Source: a virus (lineage: Duplodnaviria > Caudoviricetes). From it: a stretch of 53,898 nucleotides of DNA. Of the stretch, positions 1 to 9,355 are shown in pieces. The notes beneath the pieces were generated by a model that saw only the letters and a program-made list of their open reading frames with translations, was not told the origin of the DNA and searched no databases. The translations under genes and the position numbers were made by a program. The stretch lies in IMG/VR virus record IMGVR_UViG_3300012663_001055, positions 1-53,898 of that record. The stretch is one strand, 5' to 3'. The stretch's first letter is position 1; each line of letters starts with the position of its first letter.

Positions 1-62
1 AAGATGTTTCCAAATCCAACAACTAATTTTCTGATGATGCGGTTATAAAATACGTTTGCCAT
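1..62 (-). CDS. gp15: 5' end of T4 gp15-like tail sheath stabilizer/terminator (runs off window)
   Basis: Manual translation from the ATG at 62 (TAATG overlap with the gp14 stop) gives MANVFYNRIIRKLVVGFGNI, resembling the gp15 N-terminus (FY..IR+.V..FG.LF); directly downstream of gp13-gp14. Confidence 0.75.
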   Translation of the reverse strand, partial: MANVFYNRIIRKLVVGFGNI

Positions 63-949
63 TATAGGTTACCAAAAGGATTGGTCTCACTGAAATCTAT
101 AATTGAATTTGCTTGCTGTTCTATGTATAGGTTTTGATAATCATCATTCTTCACATTGTCTTTCAGTGGGTCATACACAACCAATTGGTACTGAGCATTA
201 CTTGATACACCAATAATTCTGCGACCATCAACAAATTCACCAGCAATGTTTGTTACAGTCAATGTATTTGATGTTGGTGTCCATTTTTGTGATACTGCCA
301 CAACTGTTGCATTTGCATGTGTGTTATCTGGTGATTGGTATACAATTTCTTTTGATTGATATGTACCTGAACCTGATGATGGGTTGATATTCAATTCTAA
401 TGTGTATGAATTGTCTGTGACCACGTTGTCGATATCTGCCATACCCGTTTCGATAAGTTCGTGTGAGTACTTGAATTTCTCCAATTCCAATTCATAGAAG
501 AATGGAATCTTACGACCCAAAGTAAAGAAGTCTTTTGTTTGGTTCACAAACTTAATCTCAAACAATTCACCTGTGCCATTTAAGAACGGTACATACACCA
601 AGTCACCTTCACGTGGTCTGGTGAATGAATGTTGTGGTACACGTTGAGAGAATGAACGTTTAGAAAGAATGACTGTAACGTTGTTCTTAATCTCTAAACC
701 AAATTTGGAAAAGAACTCACGTTCACCAGTATATTCCAAAGAACTAGACAGGTAGAACTCAACTGGAAATGCAGAACCAAATTTCTTAACTGGGTCCTCA
801 CCGTACAGTAGGTCACGTGCCAAATCATTATCGTTTGGTAAATAGAACGCATCGAAACCCATAATCTTAATGGATTCAACGATTAAGTCCTCAACGATTC
901 TTTGTTCGTTGAGTGCGTTATAGTTATTGAAATATACCGATGTTGCCAT
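62..949 (-). CDS. gp14: Neck protein, T4 gp14-like
   Basis: EQRIVEDLIVESIKIMGFDAFYLP, LYGED, FFSKFGLEI and RPREGDLVYVP motifs, C-terminal DFSETNPFG; follows gp13. Confidence 0.92.
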   Translation of the reverse strand: MATSVYFNNYNALNEQRIVEDLIVESIKIMGFDAFYLPNDNDLARDLLYGEDPVKKFGSAFPVEFYLSSSLEYTGEREFFSKFGLEIKNNVTVILSKRSFSQRVPQHSFTRPREGDLVYVPFLNGTGELFEIKFVNQTKDFFTLGRKIPFFYELELEKFKYSHELIETGMADIDNVVTDNSYTLELNINPSSGSGTYQSKEIVYQSPDNTHANATVVAVSQKWTPTSNTLTVTNIAGEFVDGRRIIGVSSNAQYQLVVYDPLKDNVKNDDYQNLYIEQQANSIIDFSETNPFGNL

Positions 950-950
950 A

Positions 951-1724
951 TTAGTTTAGATAGAACTCTAACATACCGCCGTAGTTCTTTTCCATGTCCG
1001 ATTCTAAGGTTTTAATTTCTTCCATGGCTTCATCATACGTATCTTTACCATTCAAGGTGATACCACCTGGCAATTGAACGCCACCAAACTTCTTCATGTT
1101 GGCACCCCAAGAACGTTTGATAAGTGCTGTCGCATACTCTTTCAACCAACGGTCGTTCCACATACGTGTGTAAACGTCAGGGTTAAGAGTGCCATAACAT
1201 TCGGCAATAATAACTGTACCAACTGGTGCTTGTTGTTGTCCCCAAGCCCAATCAATGTAGAGTCTTTGTTGATGACGGTTGAAACGTATTGGAACCTCAC
1301 CTGTGAACATCAATTCAAGTGTACGAAGGTGTTGTTGCGTCAATGTGTAATTGATGTAGGACGCTGAGGTGAAGTCATACAGTTCATTCAGACGCAACTG
1401 ATATCTTAGGTCAAACATGTTGACTGTTGTTGATGAATCTGAAACTGGAAATATTCTAGTGACACCCATAATTTCTGTCGAATTATTGGATTGGTCCTTG
1501 GCATCTGAAAGGTCCAAGTACTTGTTTGTTATTTCTTGTTCTCTTACTTTTTTGATGTAATAGATTTTTTGTAGACCATCAAAATGATAATCTTGCCAGT
1601 ATTGAAGTGCATCATCAATGCGGTCTTCCACTTGGTCGTCATCTACGTTGATATCAATGACCGGAAATCCAAGTCTTCTTAGGCAGTAATCTTTAAAGTC
1701 AGCTCTACTTGTTATAGTGGCCAT
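951..1724 (-). CDS. gp13: Neck protein, T4 gp13-like
   Basis: DYCLRRLGFPVIDINVDDDQVEDRIDDALQY..DYHFDG and WNDRWLKEYATALIKRSWGANMKKF..QLPGGITLNG. Confidence 0.95.
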   Translation of the reverse strand: MATITSRADFKDYCLRRLGFPVIDINVDDDQVEDRIDDALQYWQDYHFDGLQKIYYIKKVREQEITNKYLDLSDAKDQSNNSTEIMGVTRIFPVSDSSTTVNMFDLRYQLRLNELYDFTSASYINYTLTQQHLRTLELMFTGEVPIRFNRHQQRLYIDWAWGQQQAPVGTVIIAECYGTLNPDVYTRMWNDRWLKEYATALIKRSWGANMKKFGGVQLPGGITLNGKDTYDEAMEEIKTLESDMEKNYGGMLEFYLN

Positions 1725-1747
1725 TACTAAATCTCCTTATAATAAGG

Positions 1748-1755
1748 TATTTAGT
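1748..1755 (-). promoter_or_regulatory. Putative T4-type late promoter (ACTAAATA variant) for gp13
   Basis: Minus strand AACTAAATACCT upstream of the gp13 RBS (AAGGAG); the same 12-mer recurs at 20194-20205. Confidence 0.6.
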
Positions 1756-1760
1756 TACCA

Positions 1761-2225
1761 TTAAGACCACGATTCACCAGCTGCACCGCCTGTTGTGGAG
1801 AATGCCGTACTGAAAACTTGTAGTACTTTTGGTAAAGAAATGTTTGGTGGTGAAGGTACTTTTTCATCATTAACAATTGTCGTACTTGGATTTATAATTT
1901 TTATTAATTCAGAACCCGTGGCCACAGCAGATACTCTATCAATCACACTTTCGCCAATTAATTGTCCAGATGAAACTGGTTCAAATACAATATTTTTTTT
2001 CAGACCCGTAGAAACACCAGATTTTTTATCAATGACAGATTCGCCAATTAATTGTCCAGATGAAACTGGTTCAAACAATTTAGGTAGTAATGCTGGATAA
2101 CTCGAAGCTTTAGTGCCACCAACTTCTTTGATGCCGGCGGCCGGAAAAACTTTTATTTTATAGTTGTCGCCAAAACCTTGTTTACCATTTATGGTTACAT
2201 GGGTAACACTTAAACTTAGTGGCAT
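1761..2225 (-). CDS. Array family D, copy 2 (unknown, 154 aa), with an internal 30-aa-period duplication
   Basis: N- and C-termini are homologous to 11518..11949 (L.L.VT...ING..G.G....IK / QV..T..ST..G..G.ESW); FEPVSSGQLIGESVID occurs twice. Confidence 0.8.
   Translation of the reverse strand: MPLSLSVTHVTINGKQGFGDNYKIKVFPAAGIKEVGGTKASSYPALLPKLFEPVSSGQLIGESVIDKKSGVSTGLKKNIVFEPVSSGQLIGESVIDRVSAVATGSELIKIINPSTTIVNDEKVPSPPNISLPKVLQVFSTAFSTTGGAAGESWS
1950..2075. repeat. 36-bp exact direct repeat, 90-bp spacing
   Basis: ttcgccaattaattgtccagatgaaactggttcaaa at 1950-1985 and 2040-2075. Confidence 0.9.
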
Positions 2226-2226
2226 T

Positions 2227-3522
2227 TTACACCTTTGGTACCGATAATCCTATGCGTCTTAATGTGCCGTCATACATTGGCCATACAGAATAGGTTATAC
2301 CATCAAAAGTATATTCATCTCCGGGGAAAAAGTCTCCGTTGAAAATATAGAAACCACCTTTTTCTGTAATGTTTCCACCAAAATTGCCAATAGAATGTTT
2401 TTGCCAACTTAAAGGTAAGTGTTGATATGCACCACCGGTCAAATCTGCCGTTGCACCCCTGTAACCATATGATGTTGACATGGCCCCAACTGCATTATAC
2501 ATACTTAATAATGTATTTGATGCAGTTAAACCTTCGTTATTAGCTATACCGCCGCCACTTGTACCATTTCCATCACTCTGTCTGGTTGCAATGATATGAT
2601 TAATTGGTAACATTGTGGAAATTGATGGTTTCACATAAGTTCTGGAACTATACAAACCAATGTTAACGTTTGCGGTGTTCAAAACAAAAAATGGTGACCA
2701 TGTACCAACTTGGCCATGATAGATAGTACCTGCTGTGAAGAACTGGTCGTTTGTTGCATACACAAAATCGTTTGCAGTCAAACCATAACCATCAGCTCTA
2801 GGGTAAGTCATTACTAATGGAATGATACCGTTTGCATTGGTGTTCCAATAATCCCATCTTGTATATTGGGAATAAATGTGTGGTCCAGATTGTGCAGTTA
2901 CTGTGTTGCTTGTTGCTGGCCAACCAGATAGTGTTGCTTGTTGATTGGTTGCCCATATGAATGCTGTATTTGAAACATATGCCCAAAGAGTTCTGATACC
3001 TGTTGTTGATGCACTGGATGCTGCTGATGTTCCTGCAATAAAATTACCAACCGTAGTAACGTCTACTGAGTAACCACCGGTGGTTAATTGTGTTCCAGAA
3101 TAAATGGTGTTAGCATCAGCAACCGATAAACCTAGTTGCGAACTGGCCATGGAACCACCAGTTACCGCCGAACCTAGTGACAAGTAATATGATGTATATG
3201 ACGTATTGTTGTTAGTGTATTGAATGTAATATTTTACACTACTGTCGTCATAGGCACCAAACTCCAACGTCAGTTTGGATGATGTTGTTGAAGGCTGACC
3301 CGAGAAATGCGCCTTGACGCCTGTTGCAGGTTCACTTGTTCTAATAATAAGACTTGCTGCTGGATCAAATCCAGAAATCATGTTCGGTGTGTAACTTGCT
3401 GAATTAGCACGGTTATAAAATGTTGCAGTACTGGTGACGTTTGCTGTATTAATAATATCCGCCAACATGCGGAACACATGAAATAAATTTTTGTTTGTGT
3501 TAAAATTTAACTTGATATACAT
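2227..3522 (-). CDS. Array family A, copy 4 (putative virion/appendage protein, 431 aa)
   Basis: MYIKLNF start, GPHIYSQYTRWDYWN, FNGDFFPGDEY, ends LSVPKV; T/S/G/N-rich. Confidence 0.85.
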   Translation of the reverse strand: MYIKLNFNTNKNLFHVFRMLADIINTANVTSTATFYNRANSASYTPNMISGFDPAASLIIRTSEPATGVKAHFSGQPSTTSSKLTLEFGAYDDSSVKYYIQYTNNNTSYTSYYLSLGSAVTGGSMASSQLGLSVADANTIYSGTQLTTGGYSVDVTTVGNFIAGTSAASSASTTGIRTLWAYVSNTAFIWATNQQATLSGWPATSNTVTAQSGPHIYSQYTRWDYWNTNANGIIPLVMTYPRADGYGLTANDFVYATNDQFFTAGTIYHGQVGTWSPFFVLNTANVNIGLYSSRTYVKPSISTMLPINHIIATRQSDGNGTSGGGIANNEGLTASNTLLSMYNAVGAMSTSYGYRGATADLTGGAYQHLPLSWQKHSIGNFGGNITEKGGFYIFNGDFFPGDEYTFDGITYSVWPMYDGTLRRIGLSVPKV

Positions 3523-3531
3523 TATATGTCC

Positions 3532-4893
3532 TTAACTTTTTGGCACAGCCAAAGCAATTCTTGATTGTGTTCCTGCCGAAACAGTGGCCGCCGACAGCGT
3601 GGCTTGAGGGTACGTATTCATTCCAACAGGTATCAATGCATACGTTATACCACCAACAGTTACTTCATCACCAGGGAAAAAATCACCATTAAACAAATAT
3701 AAACCGGATCTATCCGTTATATTACCACCATTCATATTGAAAAGTGAATTTCTTACACTCAAAGGATATAAAACATATCCATAATAAGATTGTAAATCTT
3801 CTGAGATGTATCTATAATTACTGCGGTCTAGTGCCACTGATTGACCTGATAATGCTGTGTGAGCAAGCAATACAGAATCATAACGATAACTGTTGCTTAA
3901 ACTAGGTTGGCGTATATCAGCAGAAATTTGTCTACCTAGTGGTGTCATGTCTGCCCAACGTGAAATAATTCCTGGAACACCAAGTATATTTGATTGTACA
4001 GCTCTTGTTGTGTATACGTTTGATAAAGTGTTATCAATTCCATTTAAAAACTGAAACGACACATTGTTGTTCCAATATGAAGGGGTGTTACTGTAAATGC
4101 TTTGGCAAAAACCTATTTCAGATTCTCGACTAAAAAGTCCTTCACCATATGATTTTCCTTGGAATGGAAATTGTATCGAAGCACTTGAAGTGTGTTGAGT
4201 AAACACCAATGGTATAATACCATTTGCATCTGTATTCCAATAATCACCTCTGGTGTATTGTGAATAGATGTGTGGACCATTCCAAAAAGTTCTTGCGTCC
4301 CATCCGTTGGCCGGGAAACCAGAAATTGTATATGTGTCTCTGTTTGCTGCCCAAACAAAACACGTGTCGGTTAGATACACCCAAAGAGTGTAAATAGCTC
4401 CACCTGCATCTTTCACACCAGCAGAAAAAACAGGACTTAATGTACCACCAACACCCAATGGACTACCTTGTGAAGTTGATTGTGTAGAGGATGCAGTAAC
4501 ATCCCATTGATTGGCTGCCGTATCACCTGTTGAAGTGCCAACTGTACTATTAAAAAATGTACCAGTTGTTAAAGTTGAATCTAGTTTAACAACATATGTT
4601 GAAGATGCATCATAAACTTTTTGTTTTAAAATAAATTCAAATGCAAAGTTACCCGAAGCAACTGATGGTCTTGCAATGTGACAAGTTGTGTTTGCAGTAA
4701 TATCGGTACTACGAACAATATAACTGGTTGTATCCACTAAACCCTGTAACAAATCCGAGTTGTAACTGGCAGCTGTTTGTCTAACTCTCAAAGCAGCAAT
4801 ACTATTAACTGATGTGTTTTGAATGATATCAGCCACCACACGCCACACTTGTGCGGCAGTTTTAGCTGTTGAATAGTTTAGTTTAATTAACAT
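3532..4893 (-). CDS. Array family B, copy 4 (putative virion/appendage protein, 453 aa)
   Basis: MLIKLNY start, HIARP, QKVYD, GEGLFSRE, DLQSYYGY, FNGDFFPGDE, ends LAVPKS. Confidence 0.85.
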   Translation of the reverse strand: MLIKLNYSTAKTAAQVWRVVADIIQNTSVNSIAALRVRQTAASYNSDLLQGLVDTTSYIVRSTDITANTTCHIARPSVASGNFAFEFILKQKVYDASSTYVVKLDSTLTTGTFFNSTVGTSTGDTAANQWDVTASSTQSTSQGSPLGVGGTLSPVFSAGVKDAGGAIYTLWVYLTDTCFVWAANRDTYTISGFPANGWDARTFWNGPHIYSQYTRGDYWNTDANGIIPLVFTQHTSSASIQFPFQGKSYGEGLFSRESEIGFCQSIYSNTPSYWNNNVSFQFLNGIDNTLSNVYTTRAVQSNILGVPGIISRWADMTPLGRQISADIRQPSLSNSYRYDSVLLAHTALSGQSVALDRSNYRYISEDLQSYYGYVLYPLSVRNSLFNMNGGNITDRSGLYLFNGDFFPGDEVTVGGITYALIPVGMNTYPQATLSAATVSAGTQSRIALAVPKS

Positions 4894-4895
4894 TT

Positions 4896-5156
4896 TTATT
4901 CCGAAGGTTTGTCCGTTGCTTTTTCCACATTGTCTGCAAAGTTATCAGGTAAAGATTCGTCAACAGGCATACAGAAATAGAAATCACCAAATCGCTGTGC
5001 GAAAGGATAACTAGGCAAACCTGGTACATGACTTGCAAAGTAATCTAAAAAGTCTTGGTCGGTTTTTCCACCATTAAATCGCACACGATAATAATCGTGA
5101 GTCTGTGGTGTAGGACCCATAAATTGTACTGTGTCAATAAAATCTTGATATGTCAT
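4896..5156 (-). CDS. Array family C, copy 2 (small acidic/aromatic protein, 86 aa; possible chaperone)
   Basis: Paralog of 14646..14891 (YRV.FN..KTDQ.F.DYF...VP.L..YPF.Q....FY.C.P.D..LP..F); GGAGAG RBS. Confidence 0.8.
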   Translation of the reverse strand: MTYQDFIDTVQFMGPTPQTHDYYRVRFNGGKTDQDFLDYFASHVPGLPSYPFAQRFGDFYFCMPVDESLPDNFADNVEKATDKPSE

Positions 5157-5176
5157 TTTTCTCTCCGATAATCCAC

Positions 5177-5184
5177 TATTTAGT
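5177..5184 (-). promoter_or_regulatory. Putative internal late promoter (ACTAAATA) for the last C-B-A-D module
   Basis: Minus strand AACTAAATA in the intergenic gap between A3 and C2. Confidence 0.5.
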
Positions 5185-6536
5185 TACTGTTTGGGTATAG
5201 CAAGACCTAGTTTGGCCAATGACCCATCATATGTTGGCCATATAGAATACGTTGTTGAACCAATTGTGTATTCATCGGCACCTTGATAGTAACCATTAAA
5301 AAGGTATATGTTTGACAACTCACTAATACTTCCACCCATTGCACCCCAAGAATGTTTGTTCCAACCCCAAGGTATGTGTGCATAAGATTCAGTATTGGTA
5401 CCAGAGTTTGCTATGGATGATACAACATTTGGTGAACCAGTGTAAACATTTGCATTGTATATATTAAACGATGGAAAAAACCAACCAGTTTGTCCCACCC
5501 AGTTGTTTGCACCTTGGTAATTACCAATAGTTGACACGCTAGACGCATTTGTATTTTGTGTTTTCAATATTAAATTCACAACCGGCGCAGAAACGATAGC
5601 GGGTTTAGTAAAACCATAGACAGCAACTTTATAAAATCCAGGTAGAGTTGACGCATCATTAATTGCTGGTAAATTAATTGTGGCAAAAGTTTGATTATAA
5701 CCAGCAGCACCTTGACTTTGTGTGTTATAAGGAAATACATAATCCGTATTGACTGGGTTTGTCCAATCATTGGCTGTGAAACCATAACCATCAGCTTTCG
5801 GTAACGTATACACCATTGGGTATATTGAATTACTTGACTTGTTCCAGTAATCCAATCTTGTTGTTTGTGAAAATATCCAAGGCCCAGCATTACCAGTTGT
5901 AATGTTGTTTGCTGTTGTACTAAACCCTGTTGTAGTTGCTGTATTTTGGTTAGTAGACCACGCAAATGCCGTGTTAGACAAGTATACCCATAAGGTTCTG
6001 ACTGCATTTGATGATGCGGTTGCCGCAGCTGATGTTCCTGCCACACGATAACCAACTTGGTTGTATGACGTTGAATAACCACCTAATGATAAATTGGTAC
6101 CAAAATTACTTCCTAAATTGTCAGCAGTACTAGGTGTTAATTGTGAAGCAGCATTCATACTACCCATGGTAGCACCAGTCATACTGGTTGCCACAGTTAG
6201 GTACCAAGATGGTACGCCGGCCACTAGGTTCGTATACTGAATGTAAATATATTTGCTAGGGTCATCCCACACAGGCATCTCTAATGTAAATTTACCGCTT
6301 TGGCCCAAAGGGTTACCGTACATATGAGCACCTACACCACCGGTTGTTTGTGTTCTAATGATTGTACTATTGGCTGGATCAAAACCACCAATCATAGCGT
6401 TGGTATAAGTTGCTGAGTTTGCTCTGTTATAAAACGATGTAACGTCTGTCACACTTGGTGTATTAATGATATCCGTTAACACACGAAACAAATGCATTAA
6501 ACTTTTATTTGCTGTATAATTTAATTTAATGAACAT
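5184..6536 (-). CDS. Array family A, copy 3 (450 aa)
   Basis: MFIKLNY start; long identical peptide blocks with 8005..9345; ends LAIPKQ. Confidence 0.85.
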   Translation of the reverse strand: MFIKLNYTANKSLMHLFRVLTDIINTPSVTDVTSFYNRANSATYTNAMIGGFDPANSTIIRTQTTGGVGAHMYGNPLGQSGKFTLEMPVWDDPSKYIYIQYTNLVAGVPSWYLTVATSMTGATMGSMNAASQLTPSTADNLGSNFGTNLSLGGYSTSYNQVGYRVAGTSAAATASSNAVRTLWVYLSNTAFAWSTNQNTATTTGFSTTANNITTGNAGPWIFSQTTRLDYWNKSSNSIYPMVYTLPKADGYGFTANDWTNPVNTDYVFPYNTQSQGAAGYNQTFATINLPAINDASTLPGFYKVAVYGFTKPAIVSAPVVNLILKTQNTNASSVSTIGNYQGANNWVGQTGWFFPSFNIYNANVYTGSPNVVSSIANSGTNTESYAHIPWGWNKHSWGAMGGSISELSNIYLFNGYYQGADEYTIGSTTYSIWPTYDGSLAKLGLAIPKQ

Positions 6537-6545
6537 AATAAATCC

Positions 6546-7994
6546 TTAAAGTTTAGGTACCGCAAGACCAAGTCTACTCTCTGCCCCCATAGCATATAAC
6601 CAAGTTGTTATCGTTGCTGGTCTACCCATAGTGAATGGTAATATTTGATATGTAATGCCATCAACAATAATATCATCACCTGCAAAATAATCACCATTAA
6701 AAACATATACACCAGATTTGTCGGTTACATTACCACCAATCCATCCAGCGCTTATCCATCTATGATATATTGGTAACAAAGCATAACCATAATATGATTC
6801 AAGGTCCTCAGCAATCCATCTGGATCCATATTGTGCTATTGAAGGTAAACCCCAATAAGTAGAATAGTTGGTTGCATTTCTAAAACCTTGGCCAAGTGTT
6901 GGGTGGCTGCTTACTGCTAATAAAGATCCGGCCGCTGCATGTGCCAGCGCACCTGTCAAAGCACCTTGTGTGAACCCAGCCAAACCTCCTTCGTCAGACC
7001 ATTTAGTGCCGCCTAATCCTATTGCTGTGTATGGAGCATTGTAATATATTCTCCATGCATTTGGTGATCCGATTTGATTTAATTGGGGATAATTTCCTGG
7101 CGTATTACCAAAACAATTTAACATTTGCAATGAAAGAGTTTGGTATGCTCCATTGCTAGCGTTGTTAACCACTCTCTCATTTGTTGTTGGAACTTGACCA
7201 TGTGTAGCTTCTTCTTCACGACTGAAAAGTCCTTCGCCAGGTCCTTTCATTATAATATAATTAAAATAACTAGAATGATTTGTAAAAACCAATGGTACAA
7301 TACCATTCACATCTGTGTTAAGTAAATCCGCTCTTGTATATTGCGAATAGATGTGTGGTCCATTCCAATTGGCTGGTGAAAAATTTATAGGAAAACCAGC
7401 ATTTGTATACTGTTCTCTATTCATAGCCCACATAAAACACGTGTCTGTTATGTAAACCCAAAGACAATATACACCAGCGTTTGATAAAGAATACATTGCA
7501 GGAAATGCATTTGATGTAGCAATATTGGGTGTACCAATACCTATTGTTGTGCCTTGTGCAATTGTTTGTGTTGTGGATGATGTAACTGGCCATTGAGTTG
7601 AAGTGAAATCACCAGCTGTATTAGATACTTGGGAGTTTGCTGTGCCAATCGCTGTACCGGTTGTACTCAAAGAAATATAGTATTTTGTATTTGATGTTGT
7701 GTCATATACTTTTTGACTGATTATAAATTCAAATGGCACAGCCGAAGAAGTGGCCACAGCTGGTCGAGCAATATGACAATCAACGTTTGCTGGTGTTACA
7801 TTATTGGTTCTGTATATAAAACTTGAAGAATCAACTAAACCCAGTAATAAATCTGGAGCATAACTTGCCGAAATTTCTCTACTTCTTAGGTTAGCAATAC
7901 TATTGATTGAAGGGTTTTTAATAATATCAGCTACAACTCTCCACACCTGTGCAGGAGTTTTTGCAGTGGTATTATAATTTAATTTGATTAACAT
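6546..7994 (-). CDS. Array family B, copy 3 (482 aa)
   Basis: MLIKLNY start; closest to 9356..11518 (APYTAIGLGGTKWSDEGG, LPFTMGRP); ends LAVPKL. Confidence 0.85.
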   Translation of the reverse strand: MLIKLNYNTTAKTPAQVWRVVADIIKNPSINSIANLRSREISASYAPDLLLGLVDSSSFIYRTNNVTPANVDCHIARPAVATSSAVPFEFIISQKVYDTTSNTKYYISLSTTGTAIGTANSQVSNTAGDFTSTQWPVTSSTTQTIAQGTTIGIGTPNIATSNAFPAMYSLSNAGVYCLWVYITDTCFMWAMNREQYTNAGFPINFSPANWNGPHIYSQYTRADLLNTDVNGIVPLVFTNHSSYFNYIIMKGPGEGLFSREEEATHGQVPTTNERVVNNASNGAYQTLSLQMLNCFGNTPGNYPQLNQIGSPNAWRIYYNAPYTAIGLGGTKWSDEGGLAGFTQGALTGALAHAAAGSLLAVSSHPTLGQGFRNATNYSTYWGLPSIAQYGSRWIAEDLESYYGYALLPIYHRWISAGWIGGNVTDKSGVYVFNGDYFAGDDIIVDGITYQILPFTMGRPATITTWLYAMGAESRLGLAVPKL

Positions 7995-8004
7995 AGTTGG
8001 TTAT

Positions 8005-9345
8005 TTATTGCTTAGGTATAGCAAGACCCAATTTGTTAACAAAACCATCATATGGTGGCCAAATAGAATATGTCAAACCATTAACAGTGTACTCATCTGC
8101 TGGTAAGTATATACCATTAAACATGAATATTTTGGATACATCACTCACACTACCACCCATTGCACCCCAAGAATGTTTGTTCCAACCAAAAGGAACATGA
8201 GAGTATGCTTCTGGTCCAGCAGCAGTTGCTATGGAAGTTATCACGTTAGGACTCAACGCATTTAAACCTATTTGTGGCTGATAAAAACCAGTGTAACCAT
8301 ATTGTGAATTTGCATTTATGTAATTCCCGGCAATTGCAATTGGTGAGTTTGAATTTTGATTTGCTAATTTAATAATTGCATTAACCGGTGGACCAGAGAC
8401 TATTGAAGGTGCCGGAAAACCCACAGCTGCAGTTCTATAAAAACCAGAAAAACCAGCCGCAGGATCATTAATTTTTGGTAAATTAATTGTACAAAATTGT
8501 TGGTAACCCATAGCACCTTGTGTTAATGTGCTATAGGGAAAAGTGTAATCTGTATTAACGCCGACCGTGAAGTCGTTAGCAACAAAACCAAATCCATCAC
8601 CACGTGGATGTGTGTATACCATTGGGTATATTGAATTGTTTGACCTGTTCCAGTAATCAAATCTGGATGTTTGACTGAATATCCAAGGACCAGCATTACC
8701 AGTTGTGATGTTGTTTGCAGTCGCACTAAACCCTGTTGTTGAAGTGGTGCTTTGATTAGTTGCCCATACAAATGCCGTGTTAGACAAGTATACCCATAAA
8801 GTTCTAATTGCGGTGGTTGATGCTGTTGATGCCGCACCTGTTCCTGCCACAAAATAGTTTGTGTATGCACTATATGATGATGTATAACCACCAATTGATA
8901 AACTGGTACCAGAATAGAGAGCATAAGAATCGGCCGTACTAGGAACTAATTGTGACGCAACGTTTATACTTCCTGTTGTTGCGCCAGTCTGACTGGTACC
9001 AACTGTTAAGTGATATGATGTAAAAGTTGTGCTTGGATTGTTATACTGTATGTAAATATATTTGGAAGGATCATCCCATACAGGCATCTCTAATGTGAAC
9101 TTAGATGATGTTGTTGTTGGTTGTCCCGAAAAATGAGCACCAACTCCACCTGTTGTTTGTGTTCTAATAATTGTACTATTGGCTGGATCAAAACCACCAA
9201 TCATACCTGCGGTATATGTTGCTGAGTTGGCACGATTATAAAATGATGTAACGTCTGTTACCGAAGGTGTGTTAATAATATCTGTGAGAACACGAAACAA
9301 TTGGAATAAGTTTTTATTTGAACTGAAATTTAATTTGATAAACAT
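8005..9345 (-). CDS. Array family A, copy 2 (446 aa)
   Basis: MFIKLNF start; shares FTLEMPVWDDPSKYIYIQY and GWNKHSWGAMGGS with A3; ends LAIPKQ. Confidence 0.85.
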   Translation of the reverse strand: MFIKLNFSSNKNLFQLFRVLTDIINTPSVTDVTSFYNRANSATYTAGMIGGFDPANSTIIRTQTTGGVGAHFSGQPTTTSSKFTLEMPVWDDPSKYIYIQYNNPSTTFTSYHLTVGTSQTGATTGSINVASQLVPSTADSYALYSGTSLSIGGYTSSYSAYTNYFVAGTGAASTASTTAIRTLWVYLSNTAFVWATNQSTTSTTGFSATANNITTGNAGPWIFSQTSRFDYWNRSNNSIYPMVYTHPRGDGFGFVANDFTVGVNTDYTFPYSTLTQGAMGYQQFCTINLPKINDPAAGFSGFYRTAAVGFPAPSIVSGPPVNAIIKLANQNSNSPIAIAGNYINANSQYGYTGFYQPQIGLNALSPNVITSIATAAGPEAYSHVPFGWNKHSWGAMGGSVSDVSKIFMFNGIYLPADEYTVNGLTYSIWPPYDGFVNKLGLAIPKQ

Positions 9346-9355
9346 AATATTTCTT

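Noticed and set aside
1950-2075. CRISPR-like repeat (36 bp)
   Set aside because: Only two copies, in frame within a coding gene as a peptide duplication; no cas genes
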